A stretch of DNA of 64,000 nucleotides from Malacoraja senta (lineage: Eukaryota): positions 17,112,001 to 17,176,000 of the forward strand of contig CM075977.1 of assembly GCA_038087875.1 (NCBI GenBank), given 5' to 3'. The notes below the pieces were generated by a model. It ran no database searches, was not told the origin of the DNA, and worked only from the letters and a program-made list of their open reading frames with translations. Position numbers and translations under genes: made by a program. Shown here in pieces: positions 1 to 11,797 of this stretch; positions within the stretch are counted from its first letter, which is position 1; the number at the start of each line of letters is the position of its first letter.

Positions 1-1552
1 GAATACAGAACAGATCAGTGTGTCCATACACCATTATATAAATATATACACACATGAATAAATAAAACAGATAAAGAGCAAATTAACAGATAATGGGCTA
101 TTAATGTTCAGAGTTTGGTGACTTACAAGATTTAAATCATCATATACCAATTCTTCCTTAAAAACAATTCAAGATCAAATTGGGGTGCAACAGCAATTTG
201 GTGAAGATGCTTCTGGGTAATGGATCAAGATTTCAATAAGTGCTTGGTATGGTTAGTTTTATCAGAAGGTAGTGGGTTTGAATGTCAGTTTATATTGACA
301 GGCAACTTCGGCCATTAGTAAAGAAAGTAAGGTTTAGAGGGGAATGCGATATAAGAATTTGTGAAAGGCCATTTCCATATAGATAGTAGTAATGGCTATA
401 GTAATATGAATCACGTTTGTACTAGTATCCTCTTGCTATTAGATGAAGACCTTGTTCTGTGAAGCTCGTGTACACCTAGTGTGCGACAACACCCCTATCC
501 ACTCCATATGTTTGTAGTTGTTGTATAATATAGGCTTCTTATGTACAGGTTCTAAAATAAATTGTCGAGTAGCTTGTGGAGAGAGCAACATTAAACACTT
601 GTGATGCGAAAGAACCAGTCAACAGTCATTCACAGAATCTGAAGGAACTCTTTAAAAATGTAAACAGTCCAATTATCTTGATTTTCCACATTGTCCTAAT
701 CTTTTAAATGATTTTACATATATGTCTGTTTTCCTTTTTAAATCTATTATCTATTGAAACCACTTCCACCACCATTATTTCCCAACTTTACAAGGAATAT
801 TTCCAACAGTGTATTGTTTCCAGAGATTTAAGTATGGGCATGCTTTTGTTTGCTAAAAATAATCTGTCCGAGCGGAATTCAAAAGACTTTAAAGCTTAGT
901 ACTGGTAAAAAGTGTAACAGGAATGCTCTGGAGTAATAAGATATCTCACATAGATGGATGAAGAATTACGCATTATTCCTGGGTCCAGAATCCAATTCAT
1001 GGAAATTAGCTGTAAAATGCCCACATTCTGCCAAAGGAAATTTATATTCAATCTCCCATGAGTTATATTAGATAGTACAGTCAAATGAAAAAATCAGCAG
1101 ATAATGCCAAATGCACATCACCTCTTATGAAAGTCAAAATTATACTTTGTTCATTTTTCATGTACTTCGGTCAAAGCATGTTTCAGAACTAGAAAGTAGA
1201 AACATTTTTCAATTTTTGAGATGGCTTTATTTATGTCATGAAGTACGCTCAAAATCACTCAATTCTAAAACTAAAGCTTCAGTTAAAAATGGCTGCATGT
1301 TTAAGATCTTGGCCCCTTATGAAGAAACATCCAAAGTTCTGTGGGATTTTGACAGGGTAGAGATGAAAAGGATGCTGGGCAAACTTATTAAAAAGTAGAT
1401 GGTGATTACTGTTTATAAACAAGAGCTTACCAATTTAGGACAGAGATGATTTTTCTCTCAGAGGCTCATGTCTTTGGAACTCTCTCCCTCAAAGGTTGGT
1501 GGAAGCAGAGTTAAGGCGTAAAGATACTTGATAAGCAAGGTTGCCACCGTTA

Positions 1553-2069
1553 ACACGGTACAATGGTCCAGCTAATAGAGATGCTGCCTTACAACTGCAG
1601 TGACCCAGGAGACACAAGAAATTGCAGATGTATGAATGTTACGCAACATTTAAAATGGTGGAGGAACTCAACAGGCCAGGCAGCATGTGTGGAGGGAATA
1701 GATAGAGGACGTTTGGGTCAGGACACATCATCATACTTTGTGTTTTGGTCCAGTAACCCAGGTTTAATTCTGACCTCTGGTACTGATTGTGTGAAGTTTG
1801 CACATATTCCCTGTTACCACGATGGCTTCCTGCAGATTCCTCCCACATAGCAAAGATATGCGAGTTAGTCACAGTACCCTAGGAACTGTCCCCAGTGTTA
1901 TTTCTACAGTGCCTAACTCGCACATCTTTGGTATGTGGGAGGAATCCACAGGAAGCCCACATGGTCACAGGGAATATATGCAAACTCCACACAATCAGCA
2001 CCAGAGGTCAACTTTAAATCTGGGTCACTGGACCAAAACACAAAGTATGAAGATGTGCCCCAAACCAAA
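1553..2069. repeat. Degenerate V-SINE with a Penelope-type insert and a ~165 bp inverted duplication
   Basis: tRNA-like SINE head ~1553-1610; cagtgacccagg/cagtaacccagg direct repeat flanks the insert; 1712-1876 is the reverse complement of 1905-2069. Confidence 0.7.
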
Positions 2070-2767
2070 ATATCATCCGAGTGTGTACATTTGCTGAAAT
2101 TCCTATGTATATTAAACTCCTTTGCCTGTGGCATTAATTGAGTTTGTATTTTGAATCCTCTGGGAGCAGCTTTCTTTTTATTTGACCTGTCCTCCATCAG
2201 TAGATTGCTATTATAGTAGAATCATCACACAGGGAAAACTTCATTAATTTTCCACAGACTAGAATTCATTAATAAGCGCTTGCATTTATATAGTGTCATC
2301 CACATCCTTAGAGTATTCCATTGCACTTCAGAGTCGACCAGGTTGGAAGTACATGGTCACTGCTGCATGCAGGTTGGAGAAGATGCTCAGAAAAAAAAAT
2401 GTTTTTCTTTCTGAAAAAAAAACTCCAGAAGCCTTATACCTACCTTAAAAAGCTAGTTTAATTTATAAATGTTCACCTCTGTTAAAGCCTCTCAAATCAG
2501 TAGAGAGCAGAACAGTTCTGACCAGAATCAGAGTAAAAATCACTTGTGTGGGCTTGGTACAATTATATTCACAGACCATAAGAAGCAATTGAAGGAGAGA
2601 AAATGTAGGTTCGTGGCAAGAATAATTTAGCTTTTGTAATTGTATTAGTTTATTTAAATAAACGTTTATCTGGACATTCGATGGACATTATAAATAAAAA
2701 TCAGACTGATTTTGTTGGACACTCGGTTCCAGTTAAGTTGTAAAACTGTTTTTTTCTTCTTCTCCAG

Positions 2768-2974
2768 GTGGCCAGCTTTGGTGCACAATGACAAAAATGC
2801 TATTGGAAGGAGAGGAACTGATTGCATTTGCTGTGGAATTTGACTCAAGGCTGCAAGCTGTCAGCCAAATGGCCATTACAGAGGGCATGTATCCAGCACG
2901 CCTCCTGGATACAATACAGCTGCTTCCTCAACAAGCAGCCATGGCATCCATTTTACCTACTGCAATTGTCAACA
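2768..2974 (+). CDS. ZFPM2: ZFPM2/FOG2 internal coding exon (end of PR-like region; equivalent to human exon 6)
   Basis: Acceptor ttctctccAG (2766-2767), donor GTaaga (2975). Translates [69 protein letters not shown], matching FOG2. 207 bp, phase 1/1, splices in frame to the next exon. Confidence 0.95.
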
Positions 2975-3753
2975 GTAAGATTCAATTTTGTGCATAGATT
3001 CAAAAGCAAAAATAAATTCTAATGTCTTTCAAAGATGAAATATATGGAACAGGAGTGTCTTCGGTCAAAAAATTCATGATTTAAAATGGAAATGTATATT
3101 ATGCGTTCTCATACTAAAATTATACATAAGAAAAACTCACCAGGTATCAATTGTTTGGTTAAAGCTACCTGAATTACAAAGCATCACAAATGTCAAACAG
3201 CTCATTCTCATATGACCCAATTAACTGATGTGAGCTTAATGGAGTTAGCCAAACAAGAACTATTTCTGTTGCCCAAATGCTGTGCTTTTCTGGCAATAAA
3301 ATGTTATGATCGTAGCACAGATTGGCATTAATGAAGCAAATTGAGGCATAAATTAATGTTTGCTAAACAGGTCTGAACCCAAATCAATAAAAATCACATA
3401 CATCATTTGTTCTCCTACAGAAGAACAAGTTCATTTTAATGTTTTTTACTGTTTACTTTGCCTTACTAAGAGCAGGAGAAATGATGTTTGCTTTTGATTG
3501 AGACAATGTTTAGCCCCATTCGCGACTCCTGGGATAATGGAGCAGTGCGCTTCCAAATGCAGCAAGACCTGGCCAATATCCAAGCCTGGGCTGATAGGTA
3601 GCAAGTACCATTTATGACACACAACTCCCAGGCAATGGCAATATCCACCAACAAAATGCACCCATTACCCCCTGCATTACCATCACTGAATCTCCTTTGA
3701 TCAATATCCTAAGGGTTACTATTGAATTGAATCTGAACTGGAGTACGCATATA

Positions 3754-5332
3754 CAGTGCCCTCCATAATGTTTGGGGCAAAGACCCATCATTTATTTATT
3801 TGCTTCTGTACTCCACAATTTGACATTTGTAACAGAAAAAAATCACATGTGGTTAAAGTGCACATTGTCAGATTTTATTAAAGGCCATTTTAATACATTT
3901 TGGTTTCACCATGTAGAAATTACAGCTGTGTTTATACAGTCCCCCCATTTCAGGCCAGCATAATGTTTGGGACACATGGCTTCACAGGTGTGTGTAATTG
4001 CTCAGGTGTCTTTAATTGCCTCCTTAATGCAGGCATAAGAGAGCTCTCAGCACCTAGTCTTTCCCCCAGTCTTTCCATCACCTTTGGAACCTTTTATTGC
4101 TGTTTATCAACATGAGGACCAAAGTAGAGCCAATGAAAGTCAAAGAAGCCATTATGAGACTGAGAAACAAGAATAAAACTGTTAGAGACATCAACAAATC
4201 TTAGGCTTACCAAAATCAACTGTTTGGAATATCATTAAGAAGAAAGAGAGCACTGGTGAGCTTACTAATCGCAAAGGGACTGGCAGGTCAAGGAAGACCT
4301 CCACAGCTGATGACAGAAGAATTCTCTCTATAATAAAGAAAAATCCTCAAACACCTGTCTGACAGATCAGATACACTCTTCAGGAGTCAGGTGTGGATTT
4401 GTCAATGACCACTGTCCACAGAAGACTTCAAGAACAGAAATACAGAGGCTACACAGCAAGATGTAAACCCCTGGTTAGCCGCAAAAATAGGATGGCCGGG
4501 TTACAGTTTGCCAAGAAGTACTTAAAAGAGCAACCACAGTTTTGGAAAAAGATCTTATGGACAGAAGAGACTAAGATTAACATATCAGAGTGATGGCAAG
4601 AGCAAATTATGGAGGAGAGAAGGAACTGCTCAAGATCCAAAGCATACCACCTCATCTGTGAAACACGGTGGTGGGGGTGTTATGGCCTGGGCATGTATGG
4701 CTGCTGAAGGTACTGCCTCACTTATCGTCATTGATGTTACAACTGCTGATGGTAGTAGCATCATGAATTTTGAAGTGTATAGACACATCCTATCTGCTCA
4801 AGTTCAAACAAATGTCTCAAAACTTGCAGGTCATTCTACAGCAAGACAATGATCCCAAACATACTGCTTAAGCAACAAAGGAGTTTTTCAAAGTTAAAAA
4901 ATGGTAAATTCTTGAGTGGCCAAGTCAATCACCCGATCTGAACCCAATTGAGCATGCCTTTTATATGCTCAAGAGAAAACTGAAGGGTATTAGCCCCCAA
5001 AACAAGCATAAGTTAAAGATGGCTGCAATACAGGCCTGGCAGAGCATCACCAGAGAAGACACCCAGCAACTGGTGATGTCCATGAATCGCAGGCTTCAAG
5101 CAGTCATTGCATGCAAAGGATATGCAACAAAATACTAAACATGACTACTTCCATTTACATGATCTGCTGTGTCCCAAACATTATGGTGCCCTGAAATGGG
5201 GGAACTGTGTATAAACACAGCTGTAATTTTTACATGGAAAAACCAAAATGTATAAAATTACCCTTTATTTAAATCGGACAATGTGATTTTTTTTTTCCTA
5301 TTACAAATCTCAAATTGTGGAATACAGGCAGA
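3754..5332 (+). mobile_element. Tc1/mariner (Tc1-like, long inverted repeats) DNA transposon, defective
   Basis: TA|CAGTG left end; ~220 bp left ITR with matching inverted copy ~5168-5332 (outer end missing); fragmented transposase. Confidence 0.92.
4112..5138 (+). pseudogene. Tc1 transposase, frameshifted with stops
   Basis: Fragments RCKPLVSRKNRMAGLQFAKKY...WKKILWTEETKIN, KHGGGGVMAWACM, QDNDPKH, WPSQSPDLNPIE, and C-terminal KGYATKY*, in several frames. Confidence 0.9.
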
Positions 5333-5421
5333 TCCATTATTTTATTTCAGATTGTACATGTCACGTTATTCGACTGAACACAACTCTGCTTTCATTCATA
5401 TTATATATTTTCTTAATACAG

Positions 5422-5646
5422 AAGACATATTTCCATGCAAATCCTGTGGAATTTGGTATCGCAGTGAACGGAACTTACAAGCTCATCTCATGTACTACTG
5501 CAGTGGGAGACAAAGGGAAGGGTCTTCGCTATCAGAGGAGAAAGAAGTTGGTCCTCTTCAGCAACCATGTGTCTGCTCTTACCCGCAATGCAACAAGAGC
5601 TTCCCCAGCACGAGAGCTCTTGAAATGCACATGAATTCACACAGTG
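5422..5646 (+). CDS. ZFPM2: ZFPM2/FOG2 coding exon with zinc fingers 1 (CCHC) and 2 (C2H2)
   Basis: Acceptor taatacAG (5420-5421), donor GTaaga (5647). [33 protein letters not shown]...[24 protein letters not shown]. 225 bp, phase-compatible on both sides. Confidence 0.96.
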
Positions 5647-6575
5647 GTAAGAATCACCATGGGGTAATTTGAATTTTGCTGTGAATTTAATGGCTGCAAA
5701 ATTAAATAGACTGCACTGAAGTGAACGTTTAGGATCTGATACTTTTCATCACAGGACTCAACAATCGTAAATAACTTGAATGGTAAGATTACACAAAAAT
5801 AGCCATCATAAAAGGCATTTTAAAATGTAGCATTGTGCTAAATTTGGAAACTGCAGAATCTTTATTAAGGTCTTATCAGTGTATTAGTACTTGTGCACGT
5901 GTTAGATAAATCGACTTGAATTATTGGTGATCTATCACCATGAAAATACTTTATGAAACAAATGTTATTTGTGCAGCTAAACTGCTTATTCACAGTTTAA
6001 CAACAAAATAAAGAAACAGTGATCCTTAATTGGCACAGTAAATGGTACAATTGTAAACCCATGACAATAATGTAATTAAATATCAAGAGCAAATCAAAGA
6101 ATGCTACACCTTCAATTTTCTACAAGCTGAATTGCTGATCTATCCAGTGTTGCTGTGGATATATTCTGTGGGGAGACCAAATGCCTCTTCACAAAGAGAG
6201 AAGAAAATCAGTAGGAGAGCCAATTTGAAGCTGAACTGCACAGCTCCCAGCGGTTGCTTTTGAAATGGTATACATCAGCAGCTGCTCTCTCAGAGACCCA
6301 CAGAGAAGAGAACAGAGAGCAAAAGAACAAGCAGAGGGAACGCTCACCACATACAAGTATTAATTATGTTTTTGCCAAATGGTTTCCATCTTTCAAAGTA
6401 AGTTGGGTGAGGTGATTGCTTTTGCACATTCCACATGACCTGGATAAGTTCATTGTGCTTCAATGAATCAGTAATGGATTCAATGGACTTCTTACTCCCA
6501 TCTGTTACATACTGTAAGTTGAGCTAAACGGAGAGAGCTTCCAGTCAGTAGGAACAAATACATCTCAGGAATGTT

Positions 6576-6790
6576 ATAGAAACATAGAAAATAGATGCAG
6601 GAGGAGGCCATTCGGCCCTTCGAGCCAACACCGCCATTCATTGTGATCATGGCTGATCGTCCCCAATCAATAACCCGTACCTGCCTTCTCCCCATATCCC
6701 TTGATTCCACTAGCCTCTAGAGCTCTATCTAACTCGCTCTTAAATCCATCCAGTGACTTGGCCTCCACCCATCCAGTGACTTGGCCTCCA
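6576..6790 (-). mobile_element. CR1 LINE 3' fragment
   Basis: (atagaaac)n tail and 3' UTR ggccattcggcccttcgagcc shared with the long CR1 copies in this window. Confidence 0.85.
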
Positions 6791-7512
6791 CATGTTGCAT
6801 TAACATTTTTAGTGACTAATTTTTGGAGAGTATTCCCACATTTACTATAATTATTTCAGTGTAGCAAATGGCAAGCCTATTTACATACGGCAATGACAGT
6901 TACACATCCACCCAAAATGACACAGCATTTCAAACATTTGGTAATGTCACTGATGTATTAAGCATCATTGGGCTGCTGTAAACCAAAATTACCGTCCTAA
7001 CATGAGTAGGAATTCATGTTGGTCTTGATCGTGTTCTGTATATGTGATGAGTGGTGCACCCATCTGGGAATGGCAGCTGTCAAGTCTGAGAAGTTTAAAG
7101 GCTGGCCTATTTACATACATTGACTGAATTGTTAATCAAACAGACTGCAAGCTCAAGGGGAAGCAGCTGCCCAGCCATTAATATTAGGGCCAGGAGTAAT
7201 GATCATGTACGATCTGCATACTCTGAGAAGGATCTTAGTCAGGAGGAGGGGGAGAAGCCATTCGTCCAGAGACCAAACTATGCAGGACTCAGAAAAAGGA
7301 CTGACCCACAAGGAAATTGAAAACAAATCTTACTTTGCACTATCATTGCTGGTCTGAATGCTTCTCAGTGATTTTGTCAGATGGGGAAAACACACACTGC
7401 TCTTCATTCAGACTTAAAATAGTGTTAAAATAGCAATAGAATAACAGGACCTAAATCTGCATTTGTAAAGAGGACCCTTCAGCTGGGAAGATGCAGCCTC
7501 TTATGGCAACTT

Positions 7513-7514
<2 letters not shown>

Positions 7515-7565
<51 letters not shown>

Positions 7566-7950
7566 CCCAACAAGTAAAGACATTAAAGACATTGATATTA
7601 ACAAAATCGAAATTATCAAACAATTGAACATTGCAATCAACATTTACAATTGAGAAGAACAAAATCAAGGTTCCAATGTCCAACTCAGAGTCTGTACAAG
7701 CTCGAAAAGGAGTGAGAAGAAGAATAACTTATTAAATCTCACCCTTTTCCCCAACACTTCTATCGTATTTAAAAATCAATTCCTTACTAATAATAGTACT
7801 GCCCTAGGCAATTTCCCATAATACATACAGACACTTATATACAGATGGAAACAATGAGAAGGGGGAGGAACTTTTGCAGAGGGATGGATGGTCGTGGGGA
7901 GGAGATCAGGCATAGGGTTAGGATCGTGAGTGATAAGCTATGAGTTTAGC
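7515..7950 (-). mobile_element. Poly(A)-tailed retroposon 3' end (L1/Tx1-like?)
   Basis: ~38 nt T-run followed by taatttatttatt (AATAAA on the minus strand). Family and inner boundary uncertain. Confidence 0.45.
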
Positions 7951-8339
7951 ATCTTTTTTCTTTCTCTTTTTGCCCATTTAACATTGGTCTCACTAAATTA
8001 ATATGGATTGAACAACACATTATTGACAAAATGATGTCACAATTATCAAAAGTACAATCATACAAAATTGTTACAGTGCATGGCAGCACATTGCTACTGG
8101 GATTTGGGTTTATGTTTTTTATCACATTTTTTATAGATGCTCAGCCACAGATGAACCGTTGGCAGGAAGTGCAAAATGGTACTTGTATTTGCAGAAAAGA
8201 AAGAGGAGAACAAGTCGTCCCTGCTTTGATCCTCTGACACCAATCCTATTTTATGACATTCACATGCACCTCCTCTAATCTCATCTACTGCATTTGGTGT
8301 TCCCTCTGTGGCCCCCTTCTTATTGGCGAGATCAAAGAG

Positions 8340-8680
8340 ATTAATTGACCGTTTCATTGAACACTTGCATTAATTCTGCCAAGATTTGCTGGATTTCCCA
8401 GTTGCTAAGGATTTTAACTCCCCTTCACATTCTCATACTGACCATTTTATCCTGGGCCTATTTTATCCATTGGCAAAATGAGGCCACACGCAAACCTGAG
8501 GAACAGCACCTCATATTCCACCTGGGTAGCTTGGAACCCAATGGTGTGAACATTGAATTCTCCAATTTTAGGTAACTAACCAGTAAACAACCCTCCCTAT
8601 GCACCCTCCCCCCCCCCCCCCCCCCCACACCACACCCCCACAAACGTTCTCCTCCCTCTCTTCCCTGTGCAGTCCACCCA
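8340..8680 (+). mobile_element. Penelope-like element 3' remnant (GIY-YIG C-terminus)
   Basis: RKPEEQHLIFHLGSLEPNGVNIEFSNFR, homologous to the end of the Penelope at ~54.55 kb. Confidence 0.75.
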
Positions 8681-9689
8681 TCTGACAAAGGTACAATGTG
8701 ACAAAGGTAACACTAGAGGTGAAAGAAGGAAAGAGGAGGAATAAAATATAAAGCTGGAGGGAGGACTATGGAAGGAAGGGGATAAATGGGAGGGTAAAGA
8801 GGGGATATAATTGGGAAATAGGGGACTTGATAAGAAATCAAGCAGTAAGTTGAGAAGAACTTTCCTGATCCCAAAGGATCTTAATGGAATTCTGAGAGGT
8901 GCCCCAACCCTCTCAAGCCAATGACAGATTTTTTTGGTCATATGTATGTGGAGCTTGAAGAGAAGAGTTCATTTTAACCAGCTTCATACACTATTCAACA
9001 GCTGATGTTGGAGTAAATACTACTTAAAACAGCACAGCACCAGGGGAATTTCAGCAAAGACTGGACGCTGAACTGGAAGATGTTAGTGCAAATACCACAG
9101 CACATGACATATAGTTCTTTGGTGAAGAAGAAACAATGGAGGAGGCAGAGTTATACCCTAACCAAAGATTGACAGCTCAATGAAAAAATCAGGGAAAACA
9201 CTGAGGTGGAGTATGCAAAAGTAGAAAGTCACAGTAAAGGAACTGTCTTTACTTGATTACCAGAGATGTTATGAAGCCAGATCCAACAAAATAGAGGATA
9301 GTACAGGAGATGCTCTGATGGACAATGCTTTCTGGCGTTCAAATATTTTCACTCAGTATGCGGTCCATACCTAGACTGGGCTATGGAAGTAGATACATTT
9401 GTAACTTTTCAAATACATTTGGACAGACATATCAATTGGAAAGGTTCATAGGACCATGCGCCAAATGCAGGCAAATGGGACTATCCCAGGTCGGCATTGG
9501 ATGGGGGGGGGGGGGGGGCATGTTTCAGTACTGTGTAACAATATGACTACCTGATCAGCTCTTCCGTCAGCACAGACTACACCCCGCTTTACGGAACTTT
9601 CCTATGCAACTGCAAGTGATGCAAGCTTCACCTCTACCATTATCCATTGGCAGATGAGGCCACACGCAAACGTGTGTTCCTCAAATGAC

Positions 9690-10069
9690 GATAGAGGTCT
9701 TTAAAATGATGAGAGGGATAGACAGAGTTGACGTGGATACGCTTTTTCCATTGAGAGTAGGGAAGATTCAAACAAGAGGACATGATTTGAGAATTAAGGG
9801 ACAGAAGTTTAGGGGTAACATGAGGGGGAACTTCTTTACTCAGAGAGTGGTAGCTGTGTGGAATGAGCTTCCAGTGGAAGTGGTGGAGGCAGGTTTGATT
9901 TTATCATTTAAAAATAAATTGGATAGGTATATGGACGGCAAAGGAATGGAGGGTTATGGTCTGAGTGCAGGTAGATGGGACTAGGGGAGAATAAGTGTTC
10001 GGCACGAACTAGAAGGGCCGAGATGGCCTGTTTCCGTGCTGTAATTGTTATATGGTTATACGGTTATAT
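9690..10069 (+). mobile_element. CR1 LINE 3' fragment inside Penelope remnants
   Basis: IEVFKMMRGIDRV...FFTQRVVAVWNELP...GRWD; near-identical to the 33.2-33.58 kb copy; (tatggtta)n tail. Confidence 0.9.
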
Positions 10070-11019
10070 ACCCTCCCCACTTTCTAGAGATCATAGATTG
10101 GGTGATTGATTTGTGGGGAACAGCAATCAGTCTGCAGGAGTGACCCTGAGCTTTCACCTGTTTGCTGCTTTAATGCTTCAGCCCACTCATACTCTGCCCT
10201 ATCTGTCTTTGGCCATACAACAAGTCCCAATGCAATTTTGAGGAAAAATACTTCATCTTTCACCTGGGAGTGTACAGCATTCTGGACTGTGTGTGGAATG
10301 AGATATCCAATGAGTATTACAGTCCAAAGATCTGGCTGCTTCTAGACACATAAGCTTGCATTCAAGTAAAAAATTCAATAAGGAATGGAATAAAAGTATC
10401 AATTGTGGTGAGTGTGAAACTTTTGGATTGTTACAAGAACCTACCCAATTCATTCATGTCCTTCAGGGAAGAAAATCTGCCATGATTACTTTCATCTGGC
10501 TTACAGTATGTGTCCCCCCAGACACATTCTTTATTCTTACCTGCCATCCGATATAGCACTCTGCTTGGGACAATTGATGATGGATAATAAATGCCAGTTG
10601 TGCCAATCACATCCACATTGTGTGAATACAGTGCTTTAAAAATAACTTTGCCCAGTGCTGGACTTAGTGCCCCCCCCCCTCCCCCCCCCCCCTTAAAGGC
10701 ACAGGCATGATGTAAATTAGTGCAACCAATCAGCTCCACAAAGTTTTTATTAGTACATATTTTTCCAGACCCGTTACATTTCTGGGCCATAATAGGTTTG
10801 ACTGCAGGAGGATCTACATTGTGTTCAGGTGGGTTAAAATGGCAGTTTTCTCTGATCTTTAACACAAGGATACTGACATATTTGCAAGAGAAGATGGCAT
10901 CTGTTACATTATTTGTGGTTTAATGTTCAAAAGCACCCAAAATAGTTTTATGATTGTCAGAGATGCACAGTAGTAGTGAAGCATCTGCAAGCAGTATCTT
11001 TGCATGTTGAAGTTCAAAT

Positions 11020-11368
11020 GGTCATAGGAGCAGAATTAGGCCATTTGGCCAATCAAGTCTACTCTGCCATTCAATTATGGCTGATCTATCTCTCTCCTAA
11101 CCCCATTCTCCTGCCTTCTCCCCATAACCCCTGGCAGCCGTACTAATCAAATCCATCTATTTCTGCCTTAAAAATATCTATTGATGGCCTCCACAGCCTT
11201 CTGTGGCAAAGAATTCCACAGATTCACCACCCTCTGACTAAAGAAATTCCTCATCTCCTCCCTAAAGGAACGTCCTTTAATTCTGAGGCTATGCCCTCTG
11301 TTCCTAGACTCTCCCATTAGTGGAAACATCCTCTCCACAACCACTCTATCCAGGCCTTTCACTATTCC
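11020..11368 (-). mobile_element. CR1 LINE 3' fragment
   Basis: KGLDRVVVERMFPLMGESRNRGHSLRIKG...FSQRVVNLWNSLPQ on the minus strand. Confidence 0.85.
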
Positions 11369-11797
11369 TATTAATACATATTGCTCATTGTATTGATATG
11401 ACATTGTGTTGCTTGCTCTTTAAATAGACATATTGAAGAGTTATCATATGTGTCATAAGAATGGACAGAGGAATATCATCCAAAAGGTTAAACTCTTAAA
11501 ATTAATTGCCAAAATTGCCATGTTATTTTTAGCCTCTTTATGAACAAAGGTCATCAAAACAAATAAATATTGATAAAAGAATGATTTAAAGGGGCAAAAA
11601 ATAGTTTTGTAAAAGGCTATGCCTTAATGTGTTTTATCCATTAAATGATGTACATTACCAATAATTTGAAATAATGTAAAACAAAATTCAAGGAAAATTA
11701 ATAAGTGCAGATTAAAATAGAGGGCTGATTTCTTCGGGCAGTCTGTTGTAAGGATGTGATGGAAACACAACAGTGAAAATGTTCTCTCTCTGAACAG

